The notes under the pieces were generated by a model, which worked only from the letters and a program-made list of their open reading frames with translations, was not told where the DNA came from and searched no databases. Positions 1-10,970 of a DNA stretch of 64,000 nt are shown here, piece after piece. The translations under genes were made by a program, and so were the position numbers. Location: the IMG/VR virus record IMGVR_UViG_3300049216_000067. One strand, written 5' to 3'. The DNA is from a virus. How positions within the stretch are numbered: position 1 is the first letter of the stretch; each line of letters starts with the position of its first letter.

Positions 1-9
1 ATTTAGGTC

Positions 10-591
10 TTAAAGAACAACTACAGAGACGTTTTCGTTTGCCTGGATAACATCACCTTGAGCAGCACTGTTGGCAAATATTAATACTTGACCAGTGATT
101 GTGTAGACGTTGACGTTGTTAGGAAGCATTACATTATTATAGATAATAGTAACGTTCGATGTATTGGCAGGTGTGTATGAAAGATAGAAACTGTTCTGGC
201 CTGACAATGCGTAGAAAGTGTCATCTAATACCTGGTTAGTAACATTTGCAGGAAGTGGTTGAGTAACCAATGCGCTAGGACCAACTATAAAGTCTCCTGA
301 AAGGAGTAATGCTGTGTTGGTTCCCGTGTTAGCCACTACAGAATAAATGTAGCTACCGATCCCCATATTAGCCGTATTGGCAGCATCGAGACTAATAATA
401 CTATTGCCATTGGCAGCATCGACTACCGTAATCTTAAGGTTTGCAGATGGGTAATTTGAATAAGGATTCTGACGTACAGCACCAGCGAAAGTGTAATTAG
501 CAACATTAATAGCAGTGCCGTAATCGTTATAAAGTACCATGCTAGTACTGAAATCTGTACCTTGTGTGACGAATAAAGTTTGGGTAGCCAT
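10..591 (-). CDS. Virion structural protein (beta-rich, T4-like neck/fibre region)
   Basis: 193 aa; N-terminus TLFVTQGTDFSTS...INVANYTFAGAVRQ resembles T4-like virion proteins; C-terminal module GQNSFYL...VTIIYNNV...YTITGQVLIF...GDVI is shared with the fibre genes in this window. Confidence 0.6.
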   Translation of the reverse strand: MATQTLFVTQGTDFSTSMVLYNDYGTAINVANYTFAGAVRQNPYSNYPSANLKITVVDAANGNSIISLDAANTANMGIGSYIYSVVANTGTNTALLLSGDFIVGPSALVTQPLPANVTNQVLDDTFYALSGQNSFYLSYTPANTSNVTIIYNNVMLPNNVNVYTITGQVLIFANSAAQGDVIQANENVSVVVL

Positions 592-609
592 GAGAGTTCC
601 TGTTTTGTC

Positions 610-616
610 TATTTAG
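610..616 (-). promoter_or_regulatory. T4-type late promoter CTAAATA overlapping upstream stop codon
   Basis: Plus-strand tatttag; same heptamer recurs before many structural genes. Confidence 0.6.
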
Positions 617-1518
617 ACTATAATCGTCGTATTACATTGAAGGGTGCCGTTCGCATAGAGCTTTATGTTCGGGTAACCTGTTACTAGATTAGCTGAGTGA
701 AGAGTATTATTAGAATACATACGCATTGCTGTATTAGCTGGCAATGGACCTTGTGAGAATAGGTGCGCTTGTATTGAACCGTTTGAGAACATCCTAAAAA
801 CATTCGCTGCCGCTGTCACACTATCAGATAGAGCAACGGTTACAGTCATATAATCATCTGTTCCCGGAGCAGAGAAATAAATCGTATTAGAACCAGGATT
901 GGTAAAGTGTTGTGATTCGATTAAAGCAGAGTTTGCACTTCCCCAACCAAAGCCAGTGTTTTGAGAATTTGCAGCAGTGCCTGGATTAGGTTCAAGCTGA
1001 TTAGCAGCACCTACGCTCAAACCTATTACAATACAGGGATTAGAACCAAGAGCAGCATTTCCTGTTGTTATATTGTTGGTGCCTGATGCTAAACTAACCT
1101 GAACAACATTCTGAGAAGTTATTAGACTATTGGCAGATACACCGGCAACTTCAACGACAGCCATAGCGATATAATCGTCACCGGCTGTATAGTTCTGAGT
1201 GAATGTGGTACCTGAAGGAACAGCATTAGCATTCTGCTTAATGTATAAACCTAATGCTAGGTATGAATCGTTTTGAGTATCTACAAAGTTCTGAAGTTCT
1301 GTATATTGCCCGTTTACCACATCACCGGTAGGGTAACCATCATTCTGAGTGGGATTGATATTTGCTGATGGGCGAGTTCCTGCATAAAAAGAAACAGCAC
1401 CAAATATAAGCAAAGTAGAACCCTGAAGAGTAGCTTCGGGTAATGTAGTTGATATCCAAGCTTGTTCACCTGGATTGCCATAATCAAAAAATTTACATTG
1501 TCTAACGTAGCTAGTCAT
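613..1518 (-). CDS. Putative virion/fibre-associated protein
   Basis: 301 aa, Asn/Thr/Gly-rich beta-type composition, in late structural operon. Confidence 0.5.
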   Translation of the reverse strand: MTSYVRQCKFFDYGNPGEQAWISTTLPEATLQGSTLLIFGAVSFYAGTRPSANINPTQNDGYPTGDVVNGQYTELQNFVDTQNDSYLALGLYIKQNANAVPSGTTFTQNYTAGDDYIAMAVVEVAGVSANSLITSQNVVQVSLASGTNNITTGNAALGSNPCIVIGLSVGAANQLEPNPGTAANSQNTGFGWGSANSALIESQHFTNPGSNTIYFSAPGTDDYMTVTVALSDSVTAAANVFRMFSNGSIQAHLFSQGPLPANTAMRMYSNNTLHSANLVTGYPNIKLYANGTLQCNTTIIV

Positions 1519-1521
1519 GAA

Positions 1522-1788
1522 TTAGCTCGGATATACCATGAAATCCAATGAAACCGCTGCTGCATTGTAAGTGACAGCAAATCGTGAATTAGATTGACCG
1601 TTGGCTTGAGCACCGCCAAATAAAAGCATATTTGAATTAGCAACACGCACATTGGCATCTACGCTCATCATGCTGGCTACAACGTTGTAAGTGATATTTG
1701 CAACTCCAGTCAACGTGTTTGCGTTGTTGAACTGGAGTGTTCCATTACTACTAACTAGATTTATTTGAGCATTGCTAATCTGTTGCAT
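1522..1788 (-). CDS. Small fibre-associated protein
   Basis: 88 aa; GTLQFNNANTLTGVANITY resembles the [12 protein letters not shown] motif of fibre proteins. Confidence 0.45.
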   Translation of the reverse strand: MQQISNAQINLVSSNGTLQFNNANTLTGVANITYNVVASMMSVDANVRVANSNMLLFGGAQANGQSNSRFAVTYNAAAVSLDFMVYPS

Positions 1789-1808
1789 AGTCTAACCTAC
1801 CAAGTCGG

Positions 1809-2432
1809 TTAGACTGGAACTTCTTCCCAAGCAAAACTAAAGTAACCACCTGAGGTACCAGATGCAACTGTGGTGTATGTTTGGACATATGCACCCGGTG
1901 GAAGAATGATTGAGCCTTCTAGATCAACCAAACCGTGGATCATAATAGTTGATATAGCGACAGTAGCAGTAGCATCAAAAATGTACTGAAGCGTGCTAGC
2001 AGTTGGAACTGTCGCAGCAGAAGCCAACAAACCCTGTCCTGATGGACCGCCAACAAAGTTGTTCTTTGGAGTGATAGGTGTGGTCTGGGTGACTGCTGTT
2101 GAACTGTTATAACCATATGCCAATCCAATACCGGCAAGACCCGTAGATACTACATCAAATGCATATCCAAACTTAGACAACACCAAATTGACTGTTGAAC
2201 CCAATGGGTTGGTCAAAATCAAACCTGTGACAGTTGTAGCAAGTGCTGCTGAGGTAGTAACCTGCGCAACAGCACCTGAAAATTTAGCCTTACGATAAGT
2301 TGTTTCGTAATAACGTCCATGAAGTTCTGAAACAATGGCATCACCAAGGTTACCTGAACGCATTGGTGATAAAACACCAGGAGAGATAGACTGAGTTGTG
2401 GCGATTGGTCCAACCTGATTTTGAATTAACAT
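1809..2432 (-). CDS. Putative virion structural protein
   Basis: 207 aa, GGAG RBS, late promoter directly upstream. Confidence 0.5.
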   Translation of the reverse strand: MLIQNQVGPIATTQSISPGVLSPMRSGNLGDAIVSELHGRYYETTYRKAKFSGAVAQVTTSAALATTVTGLILTNPLGSTVNLVLSKFGYAFDVVSTGLAGIGLAYGYNSSTAVTQTTPITPKNNFVGGPSGQGLLASAATVPTASTLQYIFDATATVAISTIMIHGLVDLEGSIILPPGAYVQTYTTVASGTSGGYFSFAWEEVPV

Positions 2433-2459
2433 CTTTAATAATCTCCGAAATGGTTATCT

Positions 2460-2466
2460 TATTTAG
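2460..2466 (-). promoter_or_regulatory. Late promoter CTAAATA overlapping stop codon
   Basis: tatttag on plus strand spanning the TAA at 2463-2465. Confidence 0.6.
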
Positions 2467-4148
2467 TCTATTCCGTATACGCCAACGTTTCCAAGAGTAT
2501 AGGCAGTGCCTCCTGATGAGGCAGTTGAGACAATTAATCGAGCATACTTAGCAGGAAAATTGCTTAATGCTGTCATGAAAGTACCAGCAGCCGTTGGAGT
2601 AACATTAGAGCTAGTGTTAGCCCAGCTAGTACCATCCTGTGAAAGTTGAATAGTTAAAACTGGATTTGTAGAAGGCACGCCACCTGTAACAGTTACAAAA
2701 AATGTATATGCTAAACATCCTTCAACATTGAATAATGTAGTTGTAGACCCTAACGTGGTTAGGACCAAAGAGCTAGCTGTTTGTGTTGTACCATTGATTA
2801 CTGTTGCAAATGGGTTTGTAGCAGAATAATAATCACGGAACTGTCTAGTAAACGGATATGTTCCTGTTGGAAGTTCGAGAGTAGCTACTGACACTGTAAC
2901 AGTTGTTGAAGTACCACCAGCAGAATGAACTGCCCAACGACGACGACCTTGAATAGGTATAGCTGGCACACGAACAATACCGGTTGTTGTAATTGGATCA
3001 GAAACCCAAATATCAGTAAAATTGGTACCACCTGAAGATTCTTGTAGAATTGCAAACACTGCGGTTGCTGAACCAAGAGTCAATGCTGACACGTTGAATT
3101 CGGCACTTATTACGCTACCACCACCCTGTGTAGAAGAAATAACTGTACCGTTGACACGACCAGCACCGTTAAATGCACCAGCACTCACATCAGCCTGAGC
3201 GATAGCAGTTGATTGTGTGACACCAATTGAGTTTTTGGCTGAACCACCACCACCAGCAGCAGCAAGTGTTGTACCTGCGGCATTTACTATATTAATACCT
3301 AACTGTGCTGAAGTAGATGATACAGCTGAACCACCAATTTCAGCCAAGTTAATTGTATCAATAACAGCAGGATCATCTGTTGTACGGAAATAAGTTATGA
3401 TCTGACCAGAAGTTGATGTTCCAGTAAATCTGATGTAACGAGCAGCACATGAGAAAGCTATAATTGCACTGGCAGCAAGCGTAGTAACAATAGCACCGGT
3501 CTGAAGGTTAACACCCTGAGCAGCATACCAGTTTGAACCGTCATTAGAAATTGCTACAGCGGTAGAACCACCACCGTTTTGTTGAACAACAATATTGTTA
3601 TAACCAGTTGTATCGTAGATTTGAACTGTTGATGCGTTTTCTAGAGTTGCTGTAAATGGACCAGCAGCATCTGACAAAAATAATGCACCTGTTCCGTCTT
3701 TCTTTAAATTGTTAATAGCAACAGAAAGTGCAACGTTGCTTGTTGAATCCAATGCTTGTGATATACGATCAGCGGCAGATGGGCCACCACCTGCACGACC
3801 ATAACAAGTAAAATTAATAGGACCATTTGTATAAGATATTCTATAACGAATATATCGAGTAGATGTTTCAAAATGATAATGACCAGCTTGATTAATAGTA
3901 TCTACTTGAGATAATTCTGAAACAGGAAGAGACCAAATAGTAGACCAATAATATTGATCATGAGATCCTTCGATCATAATTTGGTATGCAGAATTTCCTG
4001 AAATTTCCCAAACGATAAAACCTTGACCATTGGTATCAATAGGTGAACCAAAATCTGCATTAGATGCATTAGAGGTGTTACCAGATGTCGTTAAATTAAG
4101 AAGTAAAACGGCATCTTGTGCTGGTGCATTAGAACCAATAACTGACAT
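2463..4148 (-). CDS. Putative virion protein with repeated beta-sandwich modules
   Basis: 561 aa; recurring pattern [IL]xxSxDGxxW...ARYIR (EGSHDQYYW..TRYIRY, AISNDGSNW..ARYIRF, QLSQDGTSW..AKYARL). Confidence 0.55.
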   Translation of the reverse strand: MSVIGSNAPAQDAVLLLNLTTSGNTSNASNADFGSPIDTNGQGFIVWEISGNSAYQIMIEGSHDQYYWSTIWSLPVSELSQVDTINQAGHYHFETSTRYIRYRISYTNGPINFTCYGRAGGGPSAADRISQALDSTSNVALSVAINNLKKDGTGALFLSDAAGPFTATLENASTVQIYDTTGYNNIVVQQNGGGSTAVAISNDGSNWYAAQGVNLQTGAIVTTLAASAIIAFSCAARYIRFTGTSTSGQIITYFRTTDDPAVIDTINLAEIGGSAVSSTSAQLGINIVNAAGTTLAAAGGGGSAKNSIGVTQSTAIAQADVSAGAFNGAGRVNGTVISSTQGGGSVISAEFNVSALTLGSATAVFAILQESSGGTNFTDIWVSDPITTTGIVRVPAIPIQGRRRWAVHSAGGTSTTVTVSVATLELPTGTYPFTRQFRDYYSATNPFATVINGTTQTASSLVLTTLGSTTTLFNVEGCLAYTFFVTVTGGVPSTNPVLTIQLSQDGTSWANTSSNVTPTAAGTFMTALSNFPAKYARLIVSTASSGGTAYTLGNVGVYGID

Positions 4149-4471
4149 TAGAAGCCCTCAGCTGTTGATAGAATAAAATCGAAGCCACCATTTACATTGC
4201 AGCTGACGTACAAAGCATCACCAGTTAATAAGAATTGCTTTTGTGGTTCACCAAAAACGGTTACTGTACTATTAGGAGAAACAATTACATTGTTCATATA
4301 ATAGGTGTTAGCAATAGATCCGGTGTTTGCCCAAACACTTGCGAGCACGCTGTTAGCCGTCTTGTTACAGACTGAACCAGCTATTAAAGCTACTGTATTT
4401 CCAGAAAGAATACCCACATTATTGGGGGTAGTTCCGACAGAAGGGACTAGATATCTATTTGGTGTTGTCAT
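4148..4471 (-). CDS. Small fibre-associated structural protein
   Basis: 107 aa, TAATG-coupled to next gene; xxLxTGDxLxV pattern common in fibre-adjacent genes. Confidence 0.5.
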   Translation of the reverse strand: MTTPNRYLVPSVGTTPNNVGILSGNTVALIAGSVCNKTANSVLASVWANTGSIANTYYMNNVIVSPNSTVTVFGEPQKQFLLTGDALYVSCNVNGGFDFILSTAEGF

Positions 4472-4477
4472 TAATTT

Positions 4478-6529
4478 TTATCCGAATATAAGACTATTTA
4501 GGACCAAATTCTTGGTATAGACTGCTGGAGCTTGAGTCACAGCAATGTTAGATGAAACAAATTCTCTTGATTCAACTATGTCTCCAGCATTTAATGCTGT
4601 AACAAATGTGAGCGAATTATTAACAATGCTATAATGAGTCGTAGGAACTTGTACCAAACCATTAACAGTGACGATGACGTAGCTTGCAGAGCTAACATTA
4701 GCAGTCAGTGTGAAATTAGTTTGACCGGCTGTAGCTGTATTACTTGTGCTATTAATAACAGTAGAAGAGCCGCCACCAGTCGCTGCTGTTGTTTGTACTG
4801 TGTTATCACTGAATCTGATACCAGCGTTTGAAACATTGACTGAATAACTAGGTTGTATATCTAGGTTAGCAGAAATATTAATATAATTAGGATAAGCAAT
4901 TAGTTGTCCGGTGCCGTTAATGTCTAGAATAAAACGAGCATCACTACCATTGATAACTACACCATAGGTGTTTTGGCCACTGATGTACATACCAGTGTAT
5001 GCTCTCGTTACTCCATCAGAACCCTGGAATGTTATATACAGTGGTTCATCAGCACCACTATTAGTTGGAGTAACACCTTGTATCGTTAACTGAGCATCAA
5101 GTAATCCGTTACCAATGATCGTGGTTGGTGACGTATTAAAAATATTTGTTATTGCATTGTAAGCAAGATTAGCATTTGCGGCTAATGCACCACCCAAATA
5201 ATATTGAATTTGTGTGTTAGCACCTGCCGCACTACCACCGCCACCGGATGGACCGGTTGCACCAGTAGGACCTGAAGCACCGGTTGCACCTGTTGATCCA
5301 ATACCTGTAGCACCAGTAGAACCTACGCCAGATGAACCTGTTGCTCCAGTCGGTCCAGTAGGACCTGTAGGGCCTGTAGGACCTGTTGGTCCACCTGTAC
5401 CGGTAGCGCCAGTAGAACCCTGTGTTCCTGCTGTTCCAGTTGCACCTGTTGATCCTTGAGTTCCTGTTGGACCTTGTGAGCCAGTAGGACCGGCAGTTCC
5501 AGTCGCGCCAGTTGATCCTTGAGTTCCAGTAGGACCGGCTGTTCCAGTAGCACCAGTAGAACCTGTTGAACCTTGTGAGCCTGTTGGTCCGGTCGGACCT
5601 GTTGGACCAGTTAATCCTGTAGCACCCGTTGATCCAGCACCGGTTGCACCAGTTGAACCTTGTGAACCTGACGGACCAGCTGTACCTGTTGCACCGGTCG
5701 CACCTTGTGGACCTGTAGATATAGAGCTTGAATTAATACTATATGCAATGTTTGCTTGTGTTGTTCCATTAGCAGTAACATTAACATTGATTGTTGCAGT
5801 ATTGTTAAAGTTAAGATTTGCATTAGCTAAAATAAGATGACCATTAGCTAATACGTCAGCTTGATATGCTCCACCGACTGAAGATGTGTTAACAGCAAAT
5901 GCTATGTTAGCTTCTGTTGTACCATTTGCAGTAATTGTAACGTTGATCGTAGCAGTATTTTGAAAATTAGCATTAGCATTTTGAATGACGACAACATCAT
6001 TTGTTAAAAGTGCAATTATACCGTGAACACCCGTTGCGCCTGTAGATCCGACTGCACCACCAGTTCCGGTTGCACCAGTTGAACCTTGAGATCCTGTAGG
6101 TCCAGTTGTTCCGGTTGCACCCGTTGCGCCTGTAGATCCGGCTGTTCCTGATGATCCAGTAGAGCCGGTTGGTCCTGTAGGTCCTGTAGGGCCAGCTATA
6201 CCAGTGGAACCCGTTGCGCCTGTAGATCCGGCTGTTCCTGATGATCCAGTAGAGCCGGTTGGTCCTGTAGGTCCTGTAGGGCCAGCTATACCAGTGGAAC
6301 CTGTTGCTCCGTTAATTCCAGTGGCACCAGTTGTTCCGGTTGCACCTGTAAAACCGGTGTTTCCGGTTGCACCGGTAGAACCTTGTATTCCTGTTGATCC
6401 TGTTAATCCGGTAGCACCGGTAGATCCCGTAGCTCCTGTTGCACCAGGCTCTCCCGTGTTGCCGCTATTTGGGCCTGTAGCCGCGACTAACTTAAATTCC
6501 GGAGTTTGATTATTGATTACGACTTTCAT
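4478..6529 (-). CDS. Collagen-like fibre protein
   Basis: 683 aa; two long Gly-X-Y (GAT/GST/GPT) tracts separated by two NFxNTATINVxxTANGT modules; C-terminal NGLVQ module. Confidence 0.85.
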   Translation of the reverse strand: MKVVINNQTPEFKLVAATGPNSGNTGEPGATGATGSTGATGLTGSTGIQGSTGATGNTGFTGATGTTGATGINGATGSTGIAGPTGPTGPTGSTGSSGTAGSTGATGSTGIAGPTGPTGPTGSTGSSGTAGSTGATGATGTTGPTGSQGSTGATGTGGAVGSTGATGVHGIIALLTNDVVVIQNANANFQNTATINVTITANGTTEANIAFAVNTSSVGGAYQADVLANGHLILANANLNFNNTATINVNVTANGTTQANIAYSINSSSISTGPQGATGATGTAGPSGSQGSTGATGAGSTGATGLTGPTGPTGPTGSQGSTGSTGATGTAGPTGTQGSTGATGTAGPTGSQGPTGTQGSTGATGTAGTQGSTGATGTGGPTGPTGPTGPTGPTGATGSSGVGSTGATGIGSTGATGASGPTGATGPSGGGGSAAGANTQIQYYLGGALAANANLAYNAITNIFNTSPTTIIGNGLLDAQLTIQGVTPTNSGADEPLYITFQGSDGVTRAYTGMYISGQNTYGVVINGSDARFILDINGTGQLIAYPNYINISANLDIQPSYSVNVSNAGIRFSDNTVQTTAATGGGSSTVINSTSNTATAGQTNFTLTANVSSASYVIVTVNGLVQVPTTHYSIVNNSLTFVTALNAGDIVESREFVSSNIAVTQAPAVYTKNLVLNSLIFG
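6121..6300. repeat. Exact 90-bp tandem duplication in collagen tract
   Basis: 6121-6210 is identical to 6211-6300. Confidence 0.9.
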
Positions 6530-6550
6530 TAATAGTTAGCTCTGAGCGGT

Positions 6551-6898
6551 TTAGTTATTTATTAAGTGCCAGGTCGGTATATCTTTTTCCCATTCCAATT
6601 CTTCTGGTGGCAGCTTGTCATAGCCCTCAGGCATTCCATTCAACATCCAGTTCCTGATCACCGTCGCAGGCTCCAGAGCCTCGATCTGGTGTGGGTTAGC
6701 CCAGGCTATGGATGCGATTTGCCCAGCCCGAATCACGCGCTCGTTTGTTCCTTCAGTGAGCAGGATTGAGCCAGCCACCACCTCAACATTGTGTGCCAGT
6801 TCAGGCTCGTGACTGTGCATTGGAATGCCCCAGCCAGCCTCACGGAAGGTGTATTGAATGCCGTATGGTGGACCAGGAATGTGAAGTTGATGGATCAT
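6551..6898 (-). CDS. Cupin-domain protein
   Basis: Probable start ATG at 6898 (115 aa); cupin motifs GWGIPMHSH...HNVEVVAGS and IAWANPHQIEALE. Confidence 0.7.
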   Translation of the reverse strand: MIHQLHIPGPPYGIQYTFREAGWGIPMHSHEPELAHNVEVVAGSILLTEGTNERVIRAGQIASIAWANPHQIEALEPATVIRNWMLNGMPEGYDKLPPEELEWEKDIPTWHLINN

Positions 6899-6923
6899 TG
6901 TCAGGCAATGTTGCTTAGCGCAT

Positions 6924-7703
6924 CTATGCAATGTAGTGGATGTTACAGAACCCAGTACCACCGTTGGTTCCGGCGTGACCGGAACCAGCCAAACCACCAC
7001 CACCACCCTTATTACCAGTGGCATAGGTTCCAGCGACAGCCGCACCACCACCACTTGGACCACCCTGATAGGTGCCAGCATTGCCTGTTTGGTTGGTTGT
7101 TCCACCTGATGCGGTGCCACCTGCTCCACCGGCACCAGATCCACCTCCGCCACCGCCATTGGCGATCATTGATGTGACCGTCAGTGTTCCAGACACAACA
7201 TTGGACTGACCACCAGTGCCACCTGGTGCCGTGCCAGCCGCGCCCAGCTTGATTGTGACTGTCTTGCCAGCCTGACCAGTGACATTGATGGTTGTCTTGG
7301 AATATCCACCAGAACCACCACCTGAACCGGCTTCGGCTCCGCAACCTGTGCCAGTACCTGAACTGCCACCACCACCAGCACCCCACACTTCAATGATCAT
7401 TGAGGTGACACCATTTGGCACCGTCTCAGTATAGGTGGCTGCTGCGTTGTATCTGCTTGTGAAGGCGCAAGTGCCAAGAGCGGCGAACTTGGACTTTAGG
7501 TCAGTGCTACCGGATTGAATGCCTGTGGCAGCACTTTGTGCCGTGCCGTAGGTCAGAGCCGTGAACAGTGTGTTGAGATCAGATCCCGATGACTCGATTT
7601 TGGTGGCTGTCTGTGCAGTCACTGTGCCAACATTGCCACCACTGACATAGGCAGCAAACTTGCTGGACAGATCAACACCAGACACCTGAATGTTGGTCGT
7701 CAT
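6924..7703 (-). CDS. Glycine-rich fibre-tip/adhesin-like protein
   Basis: 259 aa; [19 protein letters not shown]...GGGSGGYSK Gly-rich domain; paralogue of 16135-16977; overlaps the S74 fibre gene. Confidence 0.65.
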   Translation of the reverse strand: MTTNIQVSGVDLSSKFAAYVSGGNVGTVTAQTATKIESSGSDLNTLFTALTYGTAQSAATGIQSGSTDLKSKFAALGTCAFTSRYNAAATYTETVPNGVTSMIIEVWGAGGGGSSGTGTGCGAEAGSGGGSGGYSKTTINVTGQAGKTVTIKLGAAGTAPGGTGGQSNVVSGTLTVTSMIANGGGGGGSGAGGAGGTASGGTTNQTGNAGTYQGGPSGGGAAVAGTYATGNKGGGGGLAGSGHAGTNGGTGFCNIHYIA

Positions 7704-9688
7704 CTGGTCAGTGCCTTGAGGATGTTGACTTCAGCCCTGAGTGCCTTGACCTCTTCCACCAGCACTGCAATGATGGCATTGTAGTTCAGTGACTTGGTGC
7801 CATCATCATTGGTGACCACTGCCTCAGGCAGCACTCGTTCAACATCCTGTGCGATCAGACCAGCAGATGGAAGCCCGCTGGCTTTCCAGTTGTAGCGCAC
7901 ACCATTTAATCCAGCGATGATGTGACTGCTGTCCTTGATAATTTCGATGTTGGCTTTTAGGTTGGCATCAGATGTGGTATTGAGGATGGTGGCTGAAAGT
8001 GTGCCTGTTGATCCCTGAATAGTGACACTGGCGTTATAGAGCACACTGGTGCCATTAACAAAGGGGACAGAGTAGCTGGTGCTGCCACTGTATGATGTGG
8101 TGGTGACAGTGCTGGCTAGTGTTGCGCTGGCTACTGTGCCTGTGACATTTGCACCTGGAACGGCACCCCAAAGATTGACTGCTTCAACAGTTCCGCAGAG
8201 CAAGTTGTTACCATTCAGACTGAGGTTACCACCGGCAAAATAAAAAGTTGTGCCATCAAAGTATAGGTAAGTGCCAAGGCTTGACTGACCAAAATAAACT
8301 ACACCACCGGCAGTCGTTCCTGTTCGCCAAGTGCGAATATCATTAGTGACGTTCATTGCACCACCTAAGTACTGACTAGTGATGTAAGTGTTTCCAGTAC
8401 CAGTGTTAGAACCGATTACAGAACCACCATCAGTCCACATGTGTGGAGTGTTAGCACCAGGGTTAGATGCATTAAAGTTTGTAGTATCCAAAACACAAGT
8501 ACCTGTTGGTGAGGTAATAGATGTTGGATTTGGGTAAAGCGTTTCTTCTATGCACTCAAGTACATTGATTGATGCAGTAGTGTATTGACCAGACAAGAAT
8601 TTGGCATAAACACTGACTGTTCCATTGGATTCACTGTAGCAGGCTATACCTACACTGGTGGCTGGATAACCCAACAAACTGTGCCTGCCATTGAACTGGC
8701 CTCTGTTGCCCATAATCATCTTGAGGCGGCAGACATTGGTTGAACCCCAACCAGATGAGAGAACGGCATCAATAGTCAAACTGTCATAAGTTCCCGCAGA
8801 TGATGCTGGAAGAGTAACCAGTTTATAGTAAAGAGTGGATGCAGGTGCGGCAGCAGCCAATTGCCAGCCCAACATATTGCTAGGGCTGGTTTGATTGCCA
8901 CCACTGATCAGCACTGGATTACCAACATTGAGTGACTGACCATCAATAAAAGTTAAATTAGAAGTGCCACCAAAAGAACCATTGTTGTTGAACTGCACTT
9001 GTGTGTTGCTACCACCAGGAGTGCCACCGCCGCCAGTAATGCGAGTGTCGATGATTACATTGCTGGCATTGCCACTGATTAAAACATTGCTAGTGTTACC
9101 TGATGTGATGCTTGCAACAAGATTAGCTATGGCACCTGTTGCACCTGTAAAACCGGTTGGGCCTGTAGGACCAGTTGGTCCAGCGATGCCTGTAGCACCT
9201 GTTGATCCCACTCCTGTGGCTCCAGTAGATCCTGTAGCGCCAGAACCAGTAGCACCCGTGGCACCTGTTGCTCCGGTAGCTCCTGCACCCGTGGCACCCG
9301 TGGCACCCGTGGCACCATTTGCACCTGTCGCTCCAGTTGCGCCATTAGGACCTGTTGGACCAGTAGGTCCCGTTGGTCCAGCTGTTCCGGCTGTTCCGGC
9401 TGTTCCGGTTGCGCCAGTAGAACCCTGTGTTCCTGTTCCGGTTGCGCCAGTAGAACCTGTGTTTCCAGTTGGACCTGTTGGACCGGATACTCCAGTCGCA
9501 CCAGTCGCACCTGTGGCTCCAAATCCTCCAGAAAGACGAGTGTCAATAATGACGTTTGTGCTGTTGCCCGTAATAACAAGGTTAGATGCATTTGCTGATG
9601 TAACGTTAGCAACAAGATTCCCAAGCACCACATCTAAATTGACATTGGCAGCGTTACGAATTTGATTAGTAAAGAGTAAGTTTTGCAT
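7700..9688 (-). CDS. Collagen-like tail fibre with C-terminal peptidase S74 intramolecular chaperone
   Basis: 662 aa; Gly-X-Thr tract; [10 protein letters not shown]...[15 protein letters not shown]...[17 protein letters not shown]. Confidence 0.85.
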   Translation of the reverse strand: MQNLLFTNQIRNAANVNLDVVLGNLVANVTSANASNLVITGNSTNVIIDTRLSGGFGATGATGATGVSGPTGPTGNTGSTGATGTGTQGSTGATGTAGTAGTAGPTGPTGPTGPNGATGATGANGATGATGATGAGATGATGATGATGSGATGSTGATGVGSTGATGIAGPTGPTGPTGFTGATGAIANLVASITSGNTSNVLISGNASNVIIDTRITGGGGTPGGSNTQVQFNNNGSFGGTSNLTFIDGQSLNVGNPVLISGGNQTSPSNMLGWQLAAAAPASTLYYKLVTLPASSAGTYDSLTIDAVLSSGWGSTNVCRLKMIMGNRGQFNGRHSLLGYPATSVGIACYSESNGTVSVYAKFLSGQYTTASINVLECIEETLYPNPTSITSPTGTCVLDTTNFNASNPGANTPHMWTDGGSVIGSNTGTGNTYITSQYLGGAMNVTNDIRTWRTGTTAGGVVYFGQSSLGTYLYFDGTTFYFAGGNLSLNGNNLLCGTVEAVNLWGAVPGANVTGTVASATLASTVTTTSYSGSTSYSVPFVNGTSVLYNASVTIQGSTGTLSATILNTTSDANLKANIEIIKDSSHIIAGLNGVRYNWKASGLPSAGLIAQDVERVLPEAVVTNDDGTKSLNYNAIIAVLVEEVKALRAEVNILKALTR

Positions 9689-9700
9689 CGAGACCTACCC

Positions 9701-9946
9701 TTATGGAAATCTAGGATACTTCGTCTTTCCTGGTAGAGAAGGAAAAGCGGTTTTCTGATTTTGTGGGAAATACATATATCCAATTTGGGCCATAGCTTGA
9801 TTAGATATACCGGCTTGATATCTTACCATACCACCAGAAAGTTTAACCAAACTAGATGCACCATAAGTGTTGTTTGTGCAATATTGTGGTGACGTATTAC
9901 CGTTATCAAAATACGTTGCAACAGCAGCATTGATAGTATTAGCCAT
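9701..9946 (-). CDS. Hypothetical protein
   Basis: 81 aa, TAATG-coupled to upstream gene. Confidence 0.5.
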   Translation of the reverse strand: MANTINAAVATYFDNGNTSPQYCTNNTYGASSLVKLSGGMVRYQAGISNQAMAQIGYMYFPQNQKTAFPSLPGKTKYPRFP

Positions 9947-10941
9947 TACACTTGTCCAAAGAATTTATAGGTGTTGGTTCCGTTACCATCAATACAGGTA
10001 GCATTGTAAGTAGTTCCACCAATAGTCCATTGTATAACGTCGCCTTTGTACGCAGTACAGTAGCAATAATAGACATCTTTTAACACGCCGCGTTTCCAAT
10101 AATAATTACTCATTGCCACATAAATCTTACTGATTAAAGTTTTTCCACCCAAAAATGGATCATTCAGTGTAGAAGTATTAATGCTGTTAACAAGAGATTG
10201 CCCCTGATTTAGTCCAACTGAAAAACCATATTGAGCGCCATATTGCGTAAAATAATTGGATCGAGTTGTCACACCCGTAACAGAACCCGGATACTGATCT
10301 GAACCAGATCCAAGACTTGTTGAATTCAAATTCATTGCGCAAATTGGATAAGGATCTAATGAAAGTGATTCTGTAGGATCAAAAGAACCGACATACATTG
10401 CCGAACCATATTGAGGTTGTGATGTATTTGCAAACTGAAAAATAACACGATCAACCGTTGCACTAACCCAATATGTGATTCCACCTAAACTCGATATCGG
10501 CATTTGAGCCATAGACGTACAAGACATACTATAATCAAGCAAATTAGTACCTGATGCAAAATTTGCAGAATTTGGTAAAGCATTGTTGCCACTTTGATAT
10601 GTAGACAAAAGAATTCCAGCATTGTTACCATCTATACCATTTGTGGTGTAGTAGGGCATAGCAGCCGGATAATTTGTAGCTGTGTTGGTGCTGACGTTCC
10701 AACCTTCAAATACGGTAGCACCAACGTAGGTGTTGCTAGCATTATCCCATCCCAAAGCAGCATAGAAATCGTTACCGATGTTATTCGTAGCACCTGGTGA
10801 CTTATACACATTCCAGGTGTTGTTACCACTAACCACATTGGTGGATACTTGCGTCCAAGAAACGTTAAGCATCTGTGCTCCTAGATATGCAATAAAATCT
10901 GGAGCAGGTGTGTTAGATAAAATAGTGCCGGTTGTGTACAT
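9946..10941 (-). CDS. Putative virion protein
   Basis: 331 aa behind late promoter and GAGG RBS. Confidence 0.55.
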   Translation of the reverse strand: MYTTGTILSNTPAPDFIAYLGAQMLNVSWTQVSTNVVSGNNTWNVYKSPGATNNIGNDFYAALGWDNASNTYVGATVFEGWNVSTNTATNYPAAMPYYTTNGIDGNNAGILLSTYQSGNNALPNSANFASGTNLLDYSMSCTSMAQMPISSLGGITYWVSATVDRVIFQFANTSQPQYGSAMYVGSFDPTESLSLDPYPICAMNLNSTSLGSGSDQYPGSVTGVTTRSNYFTQYGAQYGFSVGLNQGQSLVNSINTSTLNDPFLGGKTLISKIYVAMSNYYWKRGVLKDVYYCYCTAYKGDVIQWTIGGTTYNATCIDGNGTNTYKFFGQV

Positions 10942-10963
10942 TTAAGAATCCTCGTTGATGCCT

Positions 10964-10970
10964 TATTTAG
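10964..10970 (-). promoter_or_regulatory. Late promoter CTAAATA overlapping stop codon
   Basis: tatttag spanning TAA 10967-10969. Confidence 0.6.

Noticed and set aside
6899-7159. N-terminal part of the 202-aa ORF
   Set aside because: Alternative frame of the Gly-rich gene; only the cupin part from 6898 looks like a protein.
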